From a virus (lineage: Duplodnaviria; Caudoviricetes), in IMG/VR virus record IMGVR_UViG_3300027971_000061, positions 1-56,005 of that record: DNA of 56,005 nucleotides; one strand, given 5' to 3'. Positions 37,598 to 52,371 of the stretch are shown in pieces. The translations under genes were made by a program, and so were the position numbers. Every line of letters starts with the position of its first letter. Position 1 is the stretch's first letter. Below the pieces are notes generated by a model. It was not told the DNA's origin, did not search any database, and saw only the letters and a list, made by a program, of their open reading frames with translations.

Positions 37598-39836
37598 TGA
37601 CCAAAAAGGTCTTTGCCCTTGATACAAAGCCGGGCATCCAGCGCGACGGTACAACCTTTGACGCGGACAGTTATCAAGACGGTCGGTGGGTAAGGTTTCA
37701 GCGTGGTCGCCCGCGCAAGATAGGTGGGTATAGGCAGATCACTGCTGGGATCTCAGGCCCCTCCCGAGGGATTTACGTTAATCCACAGCAGAGCTTTAAC
37801 AACGTATTTAATGGGCACTCTAAAGGTTTGCAGGTTATTCCCATTGACAACAACGGGGTTGGCTCTGGCGTAACGGATATGACGTTGTCAAACTTTACGG
37901 CGTCTGACAATAACTTGTGGCAGTTTGATACGTTCTATGACGTGAGTGGGTCTGGGAATAACTTGTTGTTAGCGCACCCGGGGCAGTCCCTCACCATCAT
38001 TGACAACAACGTGAACACTCCCGTTCTAGGTGGCAACATCACTGGTACCAGTCTATCTGCTATTGGCATATTCACCGCCTCTGTGTACTTGAACAGCACC
38101 ACGACCATGTACTTGTCAACGCCTAACCTTCAGATCGGTGCTGGTCAATCCATCTCAGGTACAGGAATTCCTTCTGCTACTACGGTTGTCTCAACCGCCC
38201 TTTCCGTTCCCGTTTTGAACGCTGTAGCCGTGACTGGTATTGCTGGTCAGTGTTCATGTACGTCTACAACAGGACTCTACATTGGTCAAACCGTAGCTGT
38301 CTCTGGTACTAACACTGGTACAGCAACAGGAATTACCTCTGGTGTGACGTACTTTATTATTGCAACTAACTACGCAACGACGTTTACTTTGTCAGCTACG
38401 TCGGGCGGCCCTGCGCTCGTTACGACTGCTGGAACGACAACTGGTTTAGTGTTTACCCTAAGTCAGATACAGAACGTGGTAATTTCTGCCGCCGCAACAA
38501 CGTCTGGTGCATCTACTATTACCTTTGACAACAACGTATCCGTCTCTGGTGGCGTGGTTTCCCTTCACCCTTATGTCTTCGTCTATGGCAACAACGGGTT
38601 AATTAGAAACTGCTCAGCAGGCAATACAAACGACTGGGTCTCTGCGGACGCCAATGAGGTCTCTGTAGCCACTGGAAAGATTGTCCAAGGGCTACCCGTC
38701 AGGGGTGGCTCTAACGCGCCTTCTGGGTTGTTTTGGAGCCTTGACAGCGTTATCCGCGTGTCATTTATTGGCGGTACAGGAACCCCTGCTCAATACTGGC
38801 GCTATGACTTGATCTCGTCTCAGTCGTCTATCCTTTCTTCTCAGTCTGTGATTGAGTACGACGGTATCTATTATTGGTGCGGTGTTGATAGGTTCTTACT
38901 CTACAACGGTGTGGTTAAAGAAATTCCTAACACCATGAACCAAAACTACTTCTTTGATAACCTGAACTACGCACAGCGCGAAAAGGTTTGGGTATCTAAG
39001 GTTCCGCGTTTTGGTGAAGTCTGGTGGTTTTACCCTCGTGGAACTGAAACAGAGTGCACTGATGCAGTTGTTTATAACGTACGTGAGAACATTTGGTACG
39101 ACGCAGGTGAGGCTCTTGGAGCTCGTCGATCTGCTGGTTACTTTTCTCAAGTCTTTCACTACCCAACTTGGGCGTCATGGGAAACCAACGCTGTAGGTGG
39201 TGTAAACGCCATCACGTTAACCGCTGGTGGAACGACCTACACTAATGGAACCTACACGAACAAAGCTTTGACAGGTGGTAGCGGATCAGGTGCTACAGCT
39301 AACATTGTGGTGGCTGGCGGTATCGTTACCTCTGTGACGATCTTCACCAAGGGTAAGAACTACGTTGTTGGCAACACCCTATCTGCATCCCTTCCCGTAG
39401 GTTCTGGGTTGATCATTACCGTCACTCAGGTGGTTGACTTTGTGTCTTTGTGGCAACACGAGATTGGTACTGACGTGGTTCAGAATACGTCAGTTCTTGC
39501 AATTGAGTCTTACTTTGAGACAAATGACTTGGGTCTGGTCTCGGGGGGGCCGTCCCAGCCGTCCCCTGTAGGCGATAACAAGTGGTTGCGCTTAGAGCGT
39601 GTTGAGCCTGACTTTATTCAGTCTGGTGATATGGATGTCTACGTGACTGGTAGATCGTTTGCTCAGTCTGATGATGTGACATCTGCCGCGTACACATTTA
39701 CGCCTTCAACGGGTAAGGTCGACATGCGTGAACAGCGCCGTGAGCTTCGCTTGAAGTTTGTCTCTAACGTAGCAGGTGGTGACTATCAAGTTGGTAAAAT
39801 CCTCTTAGACGCCGATTTAGGTGATGTGAGACCGTA

Positions 39837-39837
<1 letters not shown>
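37597..39837 (+). CDS. Tail nozzle / P22 gp10-like stabilisation protein
   Basis: 746 aa; WVRFQRGRPRKIGG and FGEVWWFYP...CTDAVVYN; beta-propeller-like. Confidence 0.7.
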
Positions 39838-44454
<4,617 letters not shown>

Positions 44455-44464
44455 GGAGCACACC

Positions 44465-45523
44465 ATGGGACTATTTACTGGAGCCGCACCACCAGACGTA
44501 ACCAAGACGCAAACGACTGCGTCTACCACGCCTGACTACTACACGGACTACCTTACCAAGCTCTCTCAGACTGGTCAAAATGCTCTTGGCACGTACGACG
44601 CTACGACCAAGCAGTTTACTGCCCCAACTCAGGCAGGTTTGGTAGCGGCTGGTACGCCTTACGTTGCTGAGCTGACTCAAGAGCAGAAGGACATATTTAG
44701 CGGTGCTCCAACTCAACTAACACGCTATCAAACGCCTTTAGATGATGCTTTGACTGCTGGTCAATCAGGAATGAGCGTTGATCAAGCTGACATCTCTAAG
44801 TTCTACAACCCCTACGAAAATGCAGTGGTGGGTGGTTTGGGTGCTCAAAGCGCTACAAACGTCCAACGTAACCTTATGCCTCAGCTTAAGGCTGGCTTTG
44901 TTGGTACTGGTGGCTTGGGTAGTACACGATACGCCAACGCTCTTGGTCAAACTATGGGTGACGTAAACACTGGTCTTTTGCAAGAGCAGAACAAGACTCG
45001 TATGGCTGGCTACAACACAGCGCTTGATGCGGCTATGAAAGAAGCTCAGTTGTCAAACCAAGCTTCTGCCGCATTGACAGGTTTAGGTCAAGCTGAACAG
45101 CAAGCCGCAACGACTGGTCTGAAGACTGGTGCTGAGTTAGGTGCTTTAGAGCAAGCGTATACGCAAGCTCAGATCAATGCACCGCTCACACAGGCTACAA
45201 ACGTCGCTCAGTTGATGAAGGGGTACACCGTACCAACGGGTCAGACTCAGACGTACAAAGGCCCCGGTGACGTGTACCAACCCTCACCCCTTTCACAGAT
45301 TGCCAGCTTGGGTACTCTGTTGGCTAGTGGCTTTAATGCTAATAGCACTGGCTGGGGCAATCAACTGCTCAAAGGCTTGGGCGTTAGTGGTAGTTCCCCT
45401 GATGCAGATAAAATCCTTAAAGATTACATGACGACTACAGGAAAGAGCATTTTTGACTATGGGTCTGGTGATGATGATGACATCAGTGATTTCTTAAGCA
45501 ACTACACGCCACCAAATCCATAA
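44465..45523 (+). CDS. Putative DNA ejection/pilot protein
   Basis: Q/A/G-rich; FYNPYEN and GGLGSTR segments; position among internal virion genes. Confidence 0.65.
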   Translation: MGLFTGAAPPDVTKTQTTASTTPDYYTDYLTKLSQTGQNALGTYDATTKQFTAPTQAGLVAAGTPYVAELTQEQKDIFSGAPTQLTRYQTPLDDALTAGQSGMSVDQADISKFYNPYENAVVGGLGAQSATNVQRNLMPQLKAGFVGTGGLGSTRYANALGQTMGDVNTGLLQEQNKTRMAGYNTALDAAMKEAQLSNQASAALTGLGQAEQQAATTGLKTGAELGALEQAYTQAQINAPLTQATNVAQLMKGYTVPTGQTQTYKGPGDVYQPSPLSQIASLGTLLASGFNANSTGWGNQLLKGLGVSGSSPDADKILKDYMTTTGKSIFDYGSGDDDDISDFLSNYTPPNP

Positions 45524-45532
45524 GGACTAAAA

Positions 45533-47095
45533 ATGGCACTTCCAACAAGCTTACTTAAAAAACCTGTTGATCTTTCTGGTGATTCTCCAGAAGACGAGGA
45601 ATACAAACTCGACTTCAAAAAATCACAGGCTGACCTGAAGGCGGCTCTTGCCGCTCGTGAGAATCAACTGTTTGACCCAGTGCTGTTAGCTCTGTCACAA
45701 GGCTTTGCCGCCCCTACAAAAACTGGTGGTACTGGTGAGTCATTGAGTAACGCCGCAGGCTTGGCTAATACAGCCGCTCAAGCTCAACAAAAAGGTTTGA
45801 TGGAAAACGCGCAGATGCGTATGCAACTAGCGCAGATGGGTTTAGAGCAGGGTCGCAAAGAAAAAGCTCAAAACATGGTTAGCGGGTTGTTTAACCCTAA
45901 GCCTGCTGAGGGTGCTCCTACCGTTGGCGCTCCTGCTGTTGGAGCCACTGCGGGTGCTCCTGCGGGTGCTGGCGCTTTAGCTAATCAATCTGCTCAACCA
46001 TCCGCTCCGCCTACTGGTGGAATGCGTTCAATTACTGGTGCTGATATTTTTAAAATCAGTCAGTACGACAAAGATTTGGGCGACGCTTTAGCTAAAGCTG
46101 TTGGGGTAGATAGGGATCGTTTTAAGATTTCTCAGAACGGTATTGTGTTTGATTCGGGGACTGAGAAGTACTTGAATATCCCAATCCCGGGGCAAACGCA
46201 GTCAAAGTTTGACACACCATTTGGCTCATTCAACATGACTCCCAACGAGTACGCTCAGCTTGGTCAAGCCATGTCCAATGGCAAGGGCAAAGAATGGATG
46301 GACATGTGGCGTCAAGGCAAGATTGACGTAGCTGGTCAACCTGTTGCTGGCACTGTTCCTTCCCCTGCTGGTACTACTCCTGTTGGGGGACGTCCAACAG
46401 TTGCTGATGCTGAAACTGCCGCCGCCGCTAAGAAAGAAGAAGCTTTAGCAACCGTTAAAACTCGTGTTGCACAGACCACAGAGGTCAAAGATGCCGCCAA
46501 AGCCGCTATGACTTTGATTCCTTTGTACGAAAGAGCTGGCAAGCTTTTGAAGACCCAAGGAATTGATGAGGCTTTGGGTGTGTTTGAGCGACCTGACTTC
46601 TTGGCTCAGCTTGGAGCTTTCCTTGACGACGCCGTGAGGATTGGCCCTTACGCCGTCAACGCACCTGCTATTCGTAAGATTGTTACAAACTTTGCCACTG
46701 ACCCTAAAGTAATCAGTGCTTTGACAGAGTTAGGTCAAGTTGAAGCGATGTGGCAGTTTGCTCAGCGTAAAGGTTTGGGTTCTGGAACGTCTGTGTCAAA
46801 CTTTGAACAGCAAATGGTGAACTCGATGGGCCCGAACTTCAAGGATCCCAAAGACGCCTACACCAAGAAGCTTGAGTTCATGCGTGAGAAGGCTAACTTT
46901 GAGCAGTTGCTTGGAAAAGAACTTTACCGCACTGGTTTGCAGTACGAGGACTATGTCAATTCAGACGACTTTGATCGCATATTCCTGAACTACCGCAATC
47001 GACTAGAGAAAATTGGTGAGGTCAAAGTTCCTAGCGTAGGTGGAGCTGTTAACCCAGCGGCTGGTAATGATCTGCGTAAAAAGATTGGAATGTAA
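45533..47095 (+). CDS. Putative DNA ejection protein
   Basis: Helical 520-aa ORF with GTSVSNFE motif; position. Confidence 0.6.
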   Translation: MALPTSLLKKPVDLSGDSPEDEEYKLDFKKSQADLKAALAARENQLFDPVLLALSQGFAAPTKTGGTGESLSNAAGLANTAAQAQQKGLMENAQMRMQLAQMGLEQGRKEKAQNMVSGLFNPKPAEGAPTVGAPAVGATAGAPAGAGALANQSAQPSAPPTGGMRSITGADIFKISQYDKDLGDALAKAVGVDRDRFKISQNGIVFDSGTEKYLNIPIPGQTQSKFDTPFGSFNMTPNEYAQLGQAMSNGKGKEWMDMWRQGKIDVAGQPVAGTVPSPAGTTPVGGRPTVADAETAAAAKKEEALATVKTRVAQTTEVKDAAKAAMTLIPLYERAGKLLKTQGIDEALGVFERPDFLAQLGAFLDDAVRIGPYAVNAPAIRKIVTNFATDPKVISALTELGQVEAMWQFAQRKGLGSGTSVSNFEQQMVNSMGPNFKDPKDAYTKKLEFMREKANFEQLLGKELYRTGLQYEDYVNSDDFDRIFLNYRNRLEKIGEVKVPSVGGAVNPAAGNDLRKKIGM

Positions 47096-47097
47096 TT

Positions 47098-48387
47098 ATG
47101 GCTGAACCACAAAAACCAATGGCGTTTCTCGACACTCTTGATGAAACGCAAAAAAAATTTGCAGACGAGATTATTGAAAAGTCTAAGGCAAAAGGCATGG
47201 ATCCTCGCCTTGGTTTAGCTTTGGTCTACCGTGAGAGCAAGTTCAATCCTGATGCGATTGGTGACAGTGGTGAGATCGGTCTGTGGCAAGTCTTGCCATC
47301 TACTGGCAAACTGATGAAGTACTCTGAGAAGGATCTTAAAAATCCATCCAGAAATATTGATGCTGGTTTGCAGTACTTGAACCAAAACCTGATTAAGTTT
47401 AATGATCCTGTGCTGGCTGTGGCTGGGTACAACGCGGGGCCTGACCACCCGTACTTTTCAGACCCCAAGATTCCTTTGCCGCAGAGCACAGTTGATTACG
47501 TCAGAGACATCAAAGATCTTGGTGGATTTACTGAGTCACCAAAAGAAGATACATCGGGAGGCTCTCCTCCTCCACCTCCCCCATCTCCTGCTTCTGAGGA
47601 AGACCTGCGCAAGCAAAAAGCCGCCATGATTGGTGGACTGGGTGGGTTTGGTGCGGGTGCGGTTCAGACGATGTTTGGTGGTGGTGGTGGGCAAGGAGGT
47701 GTGACGACAAATGCGACCACCCCCGGGGGCAAGTACGCCGCCAAGACTGGTTACGGTCTAGGTGAAGGATCCACCAAAGAAGCCATTGAGCGTTACAAGA
47801 AGTTTGCACCTCAACCCTTGGGCGACCAAATGTTTGCTGGCGATGCAAAGAAAACCTCCATGGGGGCGGGCCCTCGAAACCTGCCCACGGTGCCGGGCAC
47901 CGTTGCCCCGCTCTCCATCAACAGACAGGTTCCTACTCCCCCACCTACACCTATGCTCCAAAACATTCGTCAAGGCGCTCAGACCGTAGGGAATGTCATG
48001 GGTAAGATCCCCGTGGTTCCAGCCACCCTTGGCGGAGCCTCCGCAGGCTACCAAGGTCAAGAAGCCTTCAACCGTTACAACAAAGGTGACATGACAGGAG
48101 CTACAATCGCTGGTATGGGTGCTCTAGGCGGTCTCGCATCGATGGTTCCTCACCCAGCCACCAGAGCACTCGGTGCGACAGCTTCTACGGTCTCTCCTGC
48201 GGCTCTAGCGGTGCTTGATAAGATGCGTGCTATGAATCAACAACCACAAGTTCCCGCCTCCCCTCAAGAAATGCAGGCGGCACAGAACCCAGCTTTCAGG
48301 TATCCTAAGCCCATGAGTCAAGCACCATTTCAACCAAGACTTCCACCATTAGGCACAGTTCCGCCTTCAACGATTATTGGTAATTGA
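47098..48387 (+). CDS. Virion-associated lytic transglycosylase (SLT domain) ejection protein
   Basis: RESKFNPDA..GEIGLWQV...NIDAGLQYL...AVAGYNAGP...TVDYV. Confidence 0.88.
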   Translation: MAEPQKPMAFLDTLDETQKKFADEIIEKSKAKGMDPRLGLALVYRESKFNPDAIGDSGEIGLWQVLPSTGKLMKYSEKDLKNPSRNIDAGLQYLNQNLIKFNDPVLAVAGYNAGPDHPYFSDPKIPLPQSTVDYVRDIKDLGGFTESPKEDTSGGSPPPPPPSPASEEDLRKQKAAMIGGLGGFGAGAVQTMFGGGGGQGGVTTNATTPGGKYAAKTGYGLGEGSTKEAIERYKKFAPQPLGDQMFAGDAKKTSMGAGPRNLPTVPGTVAPLSINRQVPTPPPTPMLQNIRQGAQTVGNVMGKIPVVPATLGGASAGYQGQEAFNRYNKGDMTGATIAGMGALGGLASMVPHPATRALGATASTVSPAALAVLDKMRAMNQQPQVPASPQEMQAAQNPAFRYPKPMSQAPFQPRLPPLGTVPPSTIIGN

Positions 48388-48428
48388 TTCTCCTCACAAG
48401 TGACTTTAGGTGCAGTTGCCACTTGTTT

Positions 48429-48456
48429 AGCCCCCCTAACACGGGGGCTTTTTTTT
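48429..48456 (+). terminator. Rho-independent terminator at the convergence of the two transcription blocks
   Basis: AGCCCCC-CTAACAC-GGGGGCT followed by a T run. Confidence 0.85.
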
Positions 48457-48679
48457 ATGCGTTACCAGCAGGTGTACAAAGCATGAACAGGATTTCTTTG
48501 CGCTCGTACTCTACGTCATCCATAGCCGCGTCGTAACCGTGTTCTAAAACCAACGAGAACAGCTTTGCTTTGTAAGCTTGCTCAGACTTACAACCTTTGT
48601 CAAAGCATTTTGTAAAGCGCTCTATGGCTTCCCAATCTGCTTGTAATTCGCCTTTTTCATCAATTTTCATCAAGATCAT
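48455..48679 (-). CDS. Hypothetical protein
   Basis: Likely start at MILMKIDEK, overlapping the upstream gene end. Confidence 0.6.
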   Translation of the reverse strand: MILMKIDEKGELQADWEAIERFTKCFDKGCKSEQAYKAKLFSLVLEHGYDAAMDDVEYERKEILFMLCTPAGNA

Positions 48680-48896
48680 GTTCAAAACGCTTGGAATCCA
48701 CAAGGTCGTCAAACTCGTGGCATTCCCTGCGATCTCGTGGGTCAATTGCCCATTCTAACTTTTTAGCAAAGTCTCGTACAGCGTAGTACCTTTGGGAGTC
48801 CTCAGACCAGCCCTTGATGGCGTCGAGGAAGGATGGGAGCTGTGACGGCTTCCACCCCTCTCCAAAGAGCTCAGTGACAAAGTCCTTGGGCGTCAT
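48660..48896 (-). CDS. Hypothetical protein
   Basis: ATGA coupling to the 48893 gene. Confidence 0.7.
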   Translation of the reverse strand: MTPKDFVTELFGEGWKPSQLPSFLDAIKGWSEDSQRYYAVRDFAKKLEWAIDPRDRRECHEFDDLVDSKRFEHDLDEN

Positions 48897-49120
48897 AGGT
48901 TCTCACGGTAATCACCAAGCGCTCTGGCTACGTTGGTGTTTATTGTGTTGACAAACTTGATGCACATGTCGCGCTCAGTTTTAACAATAGCAGGCATAGC
49001 CGCCATGATGAAGGCGTCAGCCAGCTTTTGAAGGTCTTCCTCAAGGAAGCTGTAGTTATCCTCAAGGTTGATCTTAAAGAAGGCTTGCTTGATGTCGTCT
49101 GTGTTTAAGTAGGGGTTCAT
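48893..49120 (-). CDS. Hypothetical protein
   Basis: Coupled ORF with ERDMC segment. Confidence 0.7.
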   Translation of the reverse strand: MNPYLNTDDIKQAFFKINLEDNYSFLEEDLQKLADAFIMAAMPAIVKTERDMCIKFVNTINTNVARALGDYRENL

Positions 49121-49611
49121 AGTAGTGCCATCTGTGCGGCTTTTTCAGCCTTCTTTTTTAAGTAATATCTTCTTTTTGACTCACGGTTTCTTTGATTTTG
49201 TTCGTCCGCTTTTCTTTTTTCTTGAACAAAGTCACGAATTGATTGAAACTTTTTTTCTGGGTCTTGCCATATGCCAGCGTCTTTCAACGCTTGCACTTTT
49301 TCTTTGGGAATAGTAATTTGTGATCGTGCTCTTGTAAGTAGTTCTATCTCGGTCATTCGCTTAATGATTAGGTCATTGATCTCCCGCAACATGGTGATCT
49401 GCTGTTGCAGTTTTTTTGCTTCATCTTTGGCGCCCCAGCACATCTTTTGTACTTGACCAACCGTATCTCGCATTTCTGCAATTTTTGATAGCCCTGAGTT
49501 GCCCATTTCAACCTGCAACTTGGCAACGTGCTTTACAACATTTTCAATTTGACTTTTGTTACGGCTAATGCTCTCGTTGATGTCGCTCTTTTCTTTGTTT
49601 GAAATAAACAT
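49117..49611 (-). CDS. Coiled-coil protein with scaffold-like C-terminal motif
   Basis: GAGGA RBS; VQALKDAGIWQDPEK matches scaffold VRAMKDAGFWDDPDK. Confidence 0.75.
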   Translation of the reverse strand: MFISNKEKSDINESISRNKSQIENVVKHVAKLQVEMGNSGLSKIAEMRDTVGQVQKMCWGAKDEAKKLQQQITMLREINDLIIKRMTEIELLTRARSQITIPKEKVQALKDAGIWQDPEKKFQSIRDFVQEKRKADEQNQRNRESKRRYYLKKKAEKAAQMALL

Positions 49612-49618
49612 GTTGTCC

Positions 49619-50380
49619 TCACGTGTGTTTGTTTTTGGCTTGCCAGTACTTGAGGAGGTGATAGAACATCTCCTCCCCGCGTTCGAGGTCGTCTTCTGAC
49701 CATTCCTTGGTGACGCAAAGACCCGGCTCCGTTACGGACACAAAGACATTTGCGCACCTTGCTTGGGGCAGGTTTAGACCTAACCGATAGGCGGCTAGTT
49801 GCATCAGGTGCTCGTCGTACGTATCCACCTTGGCTGGGTCTGTGAATTCCTTGGTTTTAAAGTCAATCACTATTCCATCACCATCCTCTGAGCACAGGTC
49901 TAGCTTCCCACCAAAGCCAAGCTCGCAAGCAAATGACTTCTCAGAGATCCACGTAGGCTCACCAAAGACCTTCTTGACCTCTTCACCAACGCCCATCTGA
50001 TAGTCCATCATGTCAGCAACCATGACGCCTTCGTACCACTGCTCAAGCGCTGTGTGCACCTCTGTACCCCTTTGAGCGGCGGCACGAGCGTGTTCCCTTG
50101 AGTCTTTGATCACTCGCTGTACGTAGAGGTCTTCTGCCTCGTCTGGCGCCCTTGGGAGGGTCATAGATGCAAGCATCATTTGGTTGAGCTTCCACGCCTC
50201 GAGACCCGGCTTGGCGGCACAGCCAATGATCGTCGTGACGGACGGTACAAGGTTCATTTTGCGCGCATCAGCTAACGTGGTGTTGCGTGGTTGCCCGTTC
50301 TTAGCTTCCACGGTGTACTTTGGTGCACCTTCTCTGGTGTACCAGTGCGAGCTTTCGCTTGCTCTTACGGTAATGCTCAT
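49619..50380 (-). CDS. PD-(D/E)XK exonuclease (RecB/Cas4-like recombination nuclease)
   Basis: PSVTTI, RGTEVH, GGKLDL, IDFKT and QLAAY. Confidence 0.88.
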   Translation of the reverse strand: MSITVRASESSHWYTREGAPKYTVEAKNGQPRNTTLADARKMNLVPSVTTIIGCAAKPGLEAWKLNQMMLASMTLPRAPDEAEDLYVQRVIKDSREHARAAAQRGTEVHTALEQWYEGVMVADMMDYQMGVGEEVKKVFGEPTWISEKSFACELGFGGKLDLCSEDGDGIVIDFKTKEFTDPAKVDTYDEHLMQLAAYRLGLNLPQARCANVFVSVTEPGLCVTKEWSEDDLERGEEMFYHLLKYWQAKNKHT

Positions 50381-50688
50381 TGAATTCCCTTTAGTTTATA
50401 AATTCCAACAACCCTTGCGTGGGCAGATGGGTTTGCAGACTGCTTGTAACCAATCTTTTCCCAAACATTCTCACGAAAGATTGAACCTGTTGCGTTCGGA
50501 TGAACCGACTCTGGTCGACTGCACATTGACAGAACCTCATCGATTGATACCGAACCGTGCAAGGCGGCAAGCGCCTTGGCTGTACTGCGAGCTTTGTCAA
50601 CCCACGTTTTGTTATGGTCGTACACCTTTTGGACTCCAACATCCCGAAGGCGTACACCCGCCAGCAAATCAAGCGTTTGGTTGTCCAT
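50377..50688 (-). CDS. Hypothetical protein
   Basis: Coupled 103-aa ORF with HPNATGSIF segment. Confidence 0.7.
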   Translation of the reverse strand: MDNQTLDLLAGVRLRDVGVQKVYDHNKTWVDKARSTAKALAALHGSVSIDEVLSMCSRPESVHPNATGSIFRENVWEKIGYKQSANPSAHARVVGIYKLKGIQ

Positions 50689-50690
50689 GA

Positions 50691-51347
50691 TCAGAAGGGA
50701 AGGTCGTCTTCCATGTCATCAAAGCCGCTAGAAGGGGTCTTAACGGGCGTAGGAACGGGTTTTCTGCCTTGGAGAGCCTGCCACTCAGGGGAAGCCTCAA
50801 TCATCGCCTTGAGCCCCTTGCCAAAGGTCTCAAACAGCTCAAGATCAGGCTCAGCTATGCGGAACACTTGATTAGGGTTGATGGCAGGGGGTAAGCCAGC
50901 GGACTTGATGACCGAGGGAACAGGAGCGACGCCTTTGACGTTGGAGAACGTCTTGCCGTTCTTGCCGGGGCGCGGTATTACCGTCAACATGCACCAAGCA
51001 CCCAAGATGCTCTGGATGTCAAAGCGACGCATCTCTGTGTCTGTGAAGGGCTTGTTACGCCAGTTCTGTAGGTCGATACGAAGGTTAGCCTTTTCTGACC
51101 AACTCAGCGTGTAGTTCTTGAAGATCGCTAAGGGGTCGCCACGCTCTGTGACAAGCTCTTCGCCGTCGTCGTCTTTGCCGTGAAGTTCCCAACCAAGCAT
51201 GATCTTGCGCTGGTGCTTCTCTTGACCATCAAACTCAGTACGCTGGGTTCCCAAGTCGATGATGCGATAGCAACGTGCAAGATGTAAACCTGCGGGTACT
51301 TGTTTAAAGTCGCCTGATGGCGCTGTGTTTTCTACAAAAAAACTCAT
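50691..51347 (-). CDS. Putative single-stranded DNA-binding protein
   Basis: PAGLHLARCYRIIDLGTQ OB-like N-terminus and acidic tail FDDMEDDLPF; next to the exonuclease. Confidence 0.7.
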   Translation of the reverse strand: MSFFVENTAPSGDFKQVPAGLHLARCYRIIDLGTQRTEFDGQEKHQRKIMLGWELHGKDDDGEELVTERGDPLAIFKNYTLSWSEKANLRIDLQNWRNKPFTDTEMRRFDIQSILGAWCMLTVIPRPGKNGKTFSNVKGVAPVPSVIKSAGLPPAINPNQVFRIAEPDLELFETFGKGLKAMIEASPEWQALQGRKPVPTPVKTPSSGFDDMEDDLPF

Positions 51348-51517
51348 GATTTTTCCTTAAATATTGTGTCAAATTGTCGAGTAAATTGGTCAATGAATTG
51401 GTCTAAGTCTGGTGCTGTTTTTTTTGCTTCCTCAAGTAAATATTGTGTGTATTCCTGTTGTGCAACAGGGTCTGCTTTCCATTCCTCATATTCTTTGTGC
51501 GTAGCCATGGTGATCAC
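51344..51517 (-). CDS. Small hypothetical protein (not in the ORF track)
   Basis: (V)ITMATHKEYEEWKADPVAQQEY...IFKEKS; 4-nt overlaps with both neighbours. Confidence 0.6.
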   Translation of the reverse strand: MITMATHKEYEEWKADPVAQQEYTQYLLEEAKKTAPDLDQFIDQFTRQFDTIFKEKS

Positions 51518-51723
51518 TCCCAGTCTCCAAAGAACAACGCCGCACCTACGTAGTCAGGAAGGTGTACGCCACCACTGTAGATGTGGTTGATGTCTACGTT
51601 TTCGTTCATGCCACTAGCTATGCCCATGATGTAGTGAAGCTGTTCTGTGTGCCAATCAAGCACCATGATGATGCCGATGCGACCTTTGCTGGTGTCGTAC
51701 CAGAGGACGTCTTGTAAGTTCAT
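51514..51723 (-). CDS. Hypothetical protein
   Basis: Coupled 69-aa ORF. Confidence 0.7.
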   Translation of the reverse strand: MNLQDVLWYDTSKGRIGIIMVLDWHTEQLHYIMGIASGMNENVDINHIYSGGVHLPDYVGAALFFGDWE

Positions 51724-51917
51724 TCTTCGTCCTCTGGATATTCTTCTGGATCTGCAAGGTCTTCTTCTGTCTCAATTGCTGTGCTCTGAGCTTCTTGCTC
51801 ACGTACAGCCTTGTTGCGCTCTTCAAGCTCTGCCCATTCTTGGGGCGTACGCTTAGGGTTGATAAAGCCTTCTGGGCTTTCGGCTTCAAGTTCAGCCATA
51901 GTTTTGTGGGTCATCAT
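51720..51917 (-). CDS. Acidic hypothetical protein
   Basis: GGAG RBS; coupled ORF. Confidence 0.65.
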   Translation of the reverse strand: MMTHKTMAELEAESPEGFINPKRTPQEWAELEERNKAVREQEAQSTAIETEEDLADPEEYPEDEE

Positions 51918-52012
51918 GGTCTCCAGATAAAAAGGTCAAGGGCTAAGACCACTGCGCCTATGGCGAACAGGATCACGTTAATACGCATGGTGCGGAATTC
52001 TTTGTCGTTCAT
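51914..52012 (-). CDS. Small membrane peptide
   Basis: MNDKEFRTMRINVILFAIGAVVLALDLFIWRP; GGGAG RBS. Confidence 0.6.
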   Translation of the reverse strand: MNDKEFRTMRINVILFAIGAVVLALDLFIWRP

Positions 52013-52013
52013 G

Positions 52014-52232
52014 TCAGATCTCCCACACAACCAATGCGGTGTACAGGACAACAAGGAACAAGGCATAGGCAACCCAGCCAGCAATGCGACGCTGAGAGAA
52101 CTCAGGCTCAATGTTGAGCAAAGCCATTTGGATGATTTCATCATCGTGGCTCATGTGGTTCTCTGTGGGAGGGCTGTACATACAGCCAATTTGAAGACCA
52201 GACTTGGTCGTGTAGGGAAGTTGTTTATCCAA
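52014..52232 (-). CDS. Small membrane-anchored hypothetical protein
   Basis: AAGGAG RBS before TTG 52232; PYTTKSGLQIG segment and C-terminal TM helix. Confidence 0.6.
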   Translation of the reverse strand: MDKQLPYTTKSGLQIGCMYSPPTENHMSHDDEIIQMALLNIEPEFSQRRIAGWVAYALFLVVLYTALVVWEI

Positions 52233-52325
52233 TTGATTCTCCTTAACCGTCGTATCGACGTGCAAGCATTCTAACACCGAATTAAAAACCCTTGCAACCA
52301 ATTGTTGAGTAAATTTGAGGGGTAT

Positions 52326-52350
52326 CTTTAATTTAAAGTTAATGTATACT
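52326..52350. promoter_or_regulatory. Operator copy and -10 element in the divergent control region
   Basis: TTAAT-TTAAA-GTTAA (52328-52342) followed by TATACT, between the divergent blocks. Confidence 0.65.
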
Positions 52351-52371
52351 TGCCGCCAAGGAATAAAAACA

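Noticed and set aside
49120-49134. C-terminal QMALL of the 49117 protein as a second clamp-binding motif
   Set aside because: Weak match without the terminal Phe and no supporting context.
49619-50380. Cas4-like nuclease as a sign of CRISPR-Cas
   Set aside because: No repeat-spacer array or other cas genes; the context next to an SSB-like gene indicates a recombination exonuclease.
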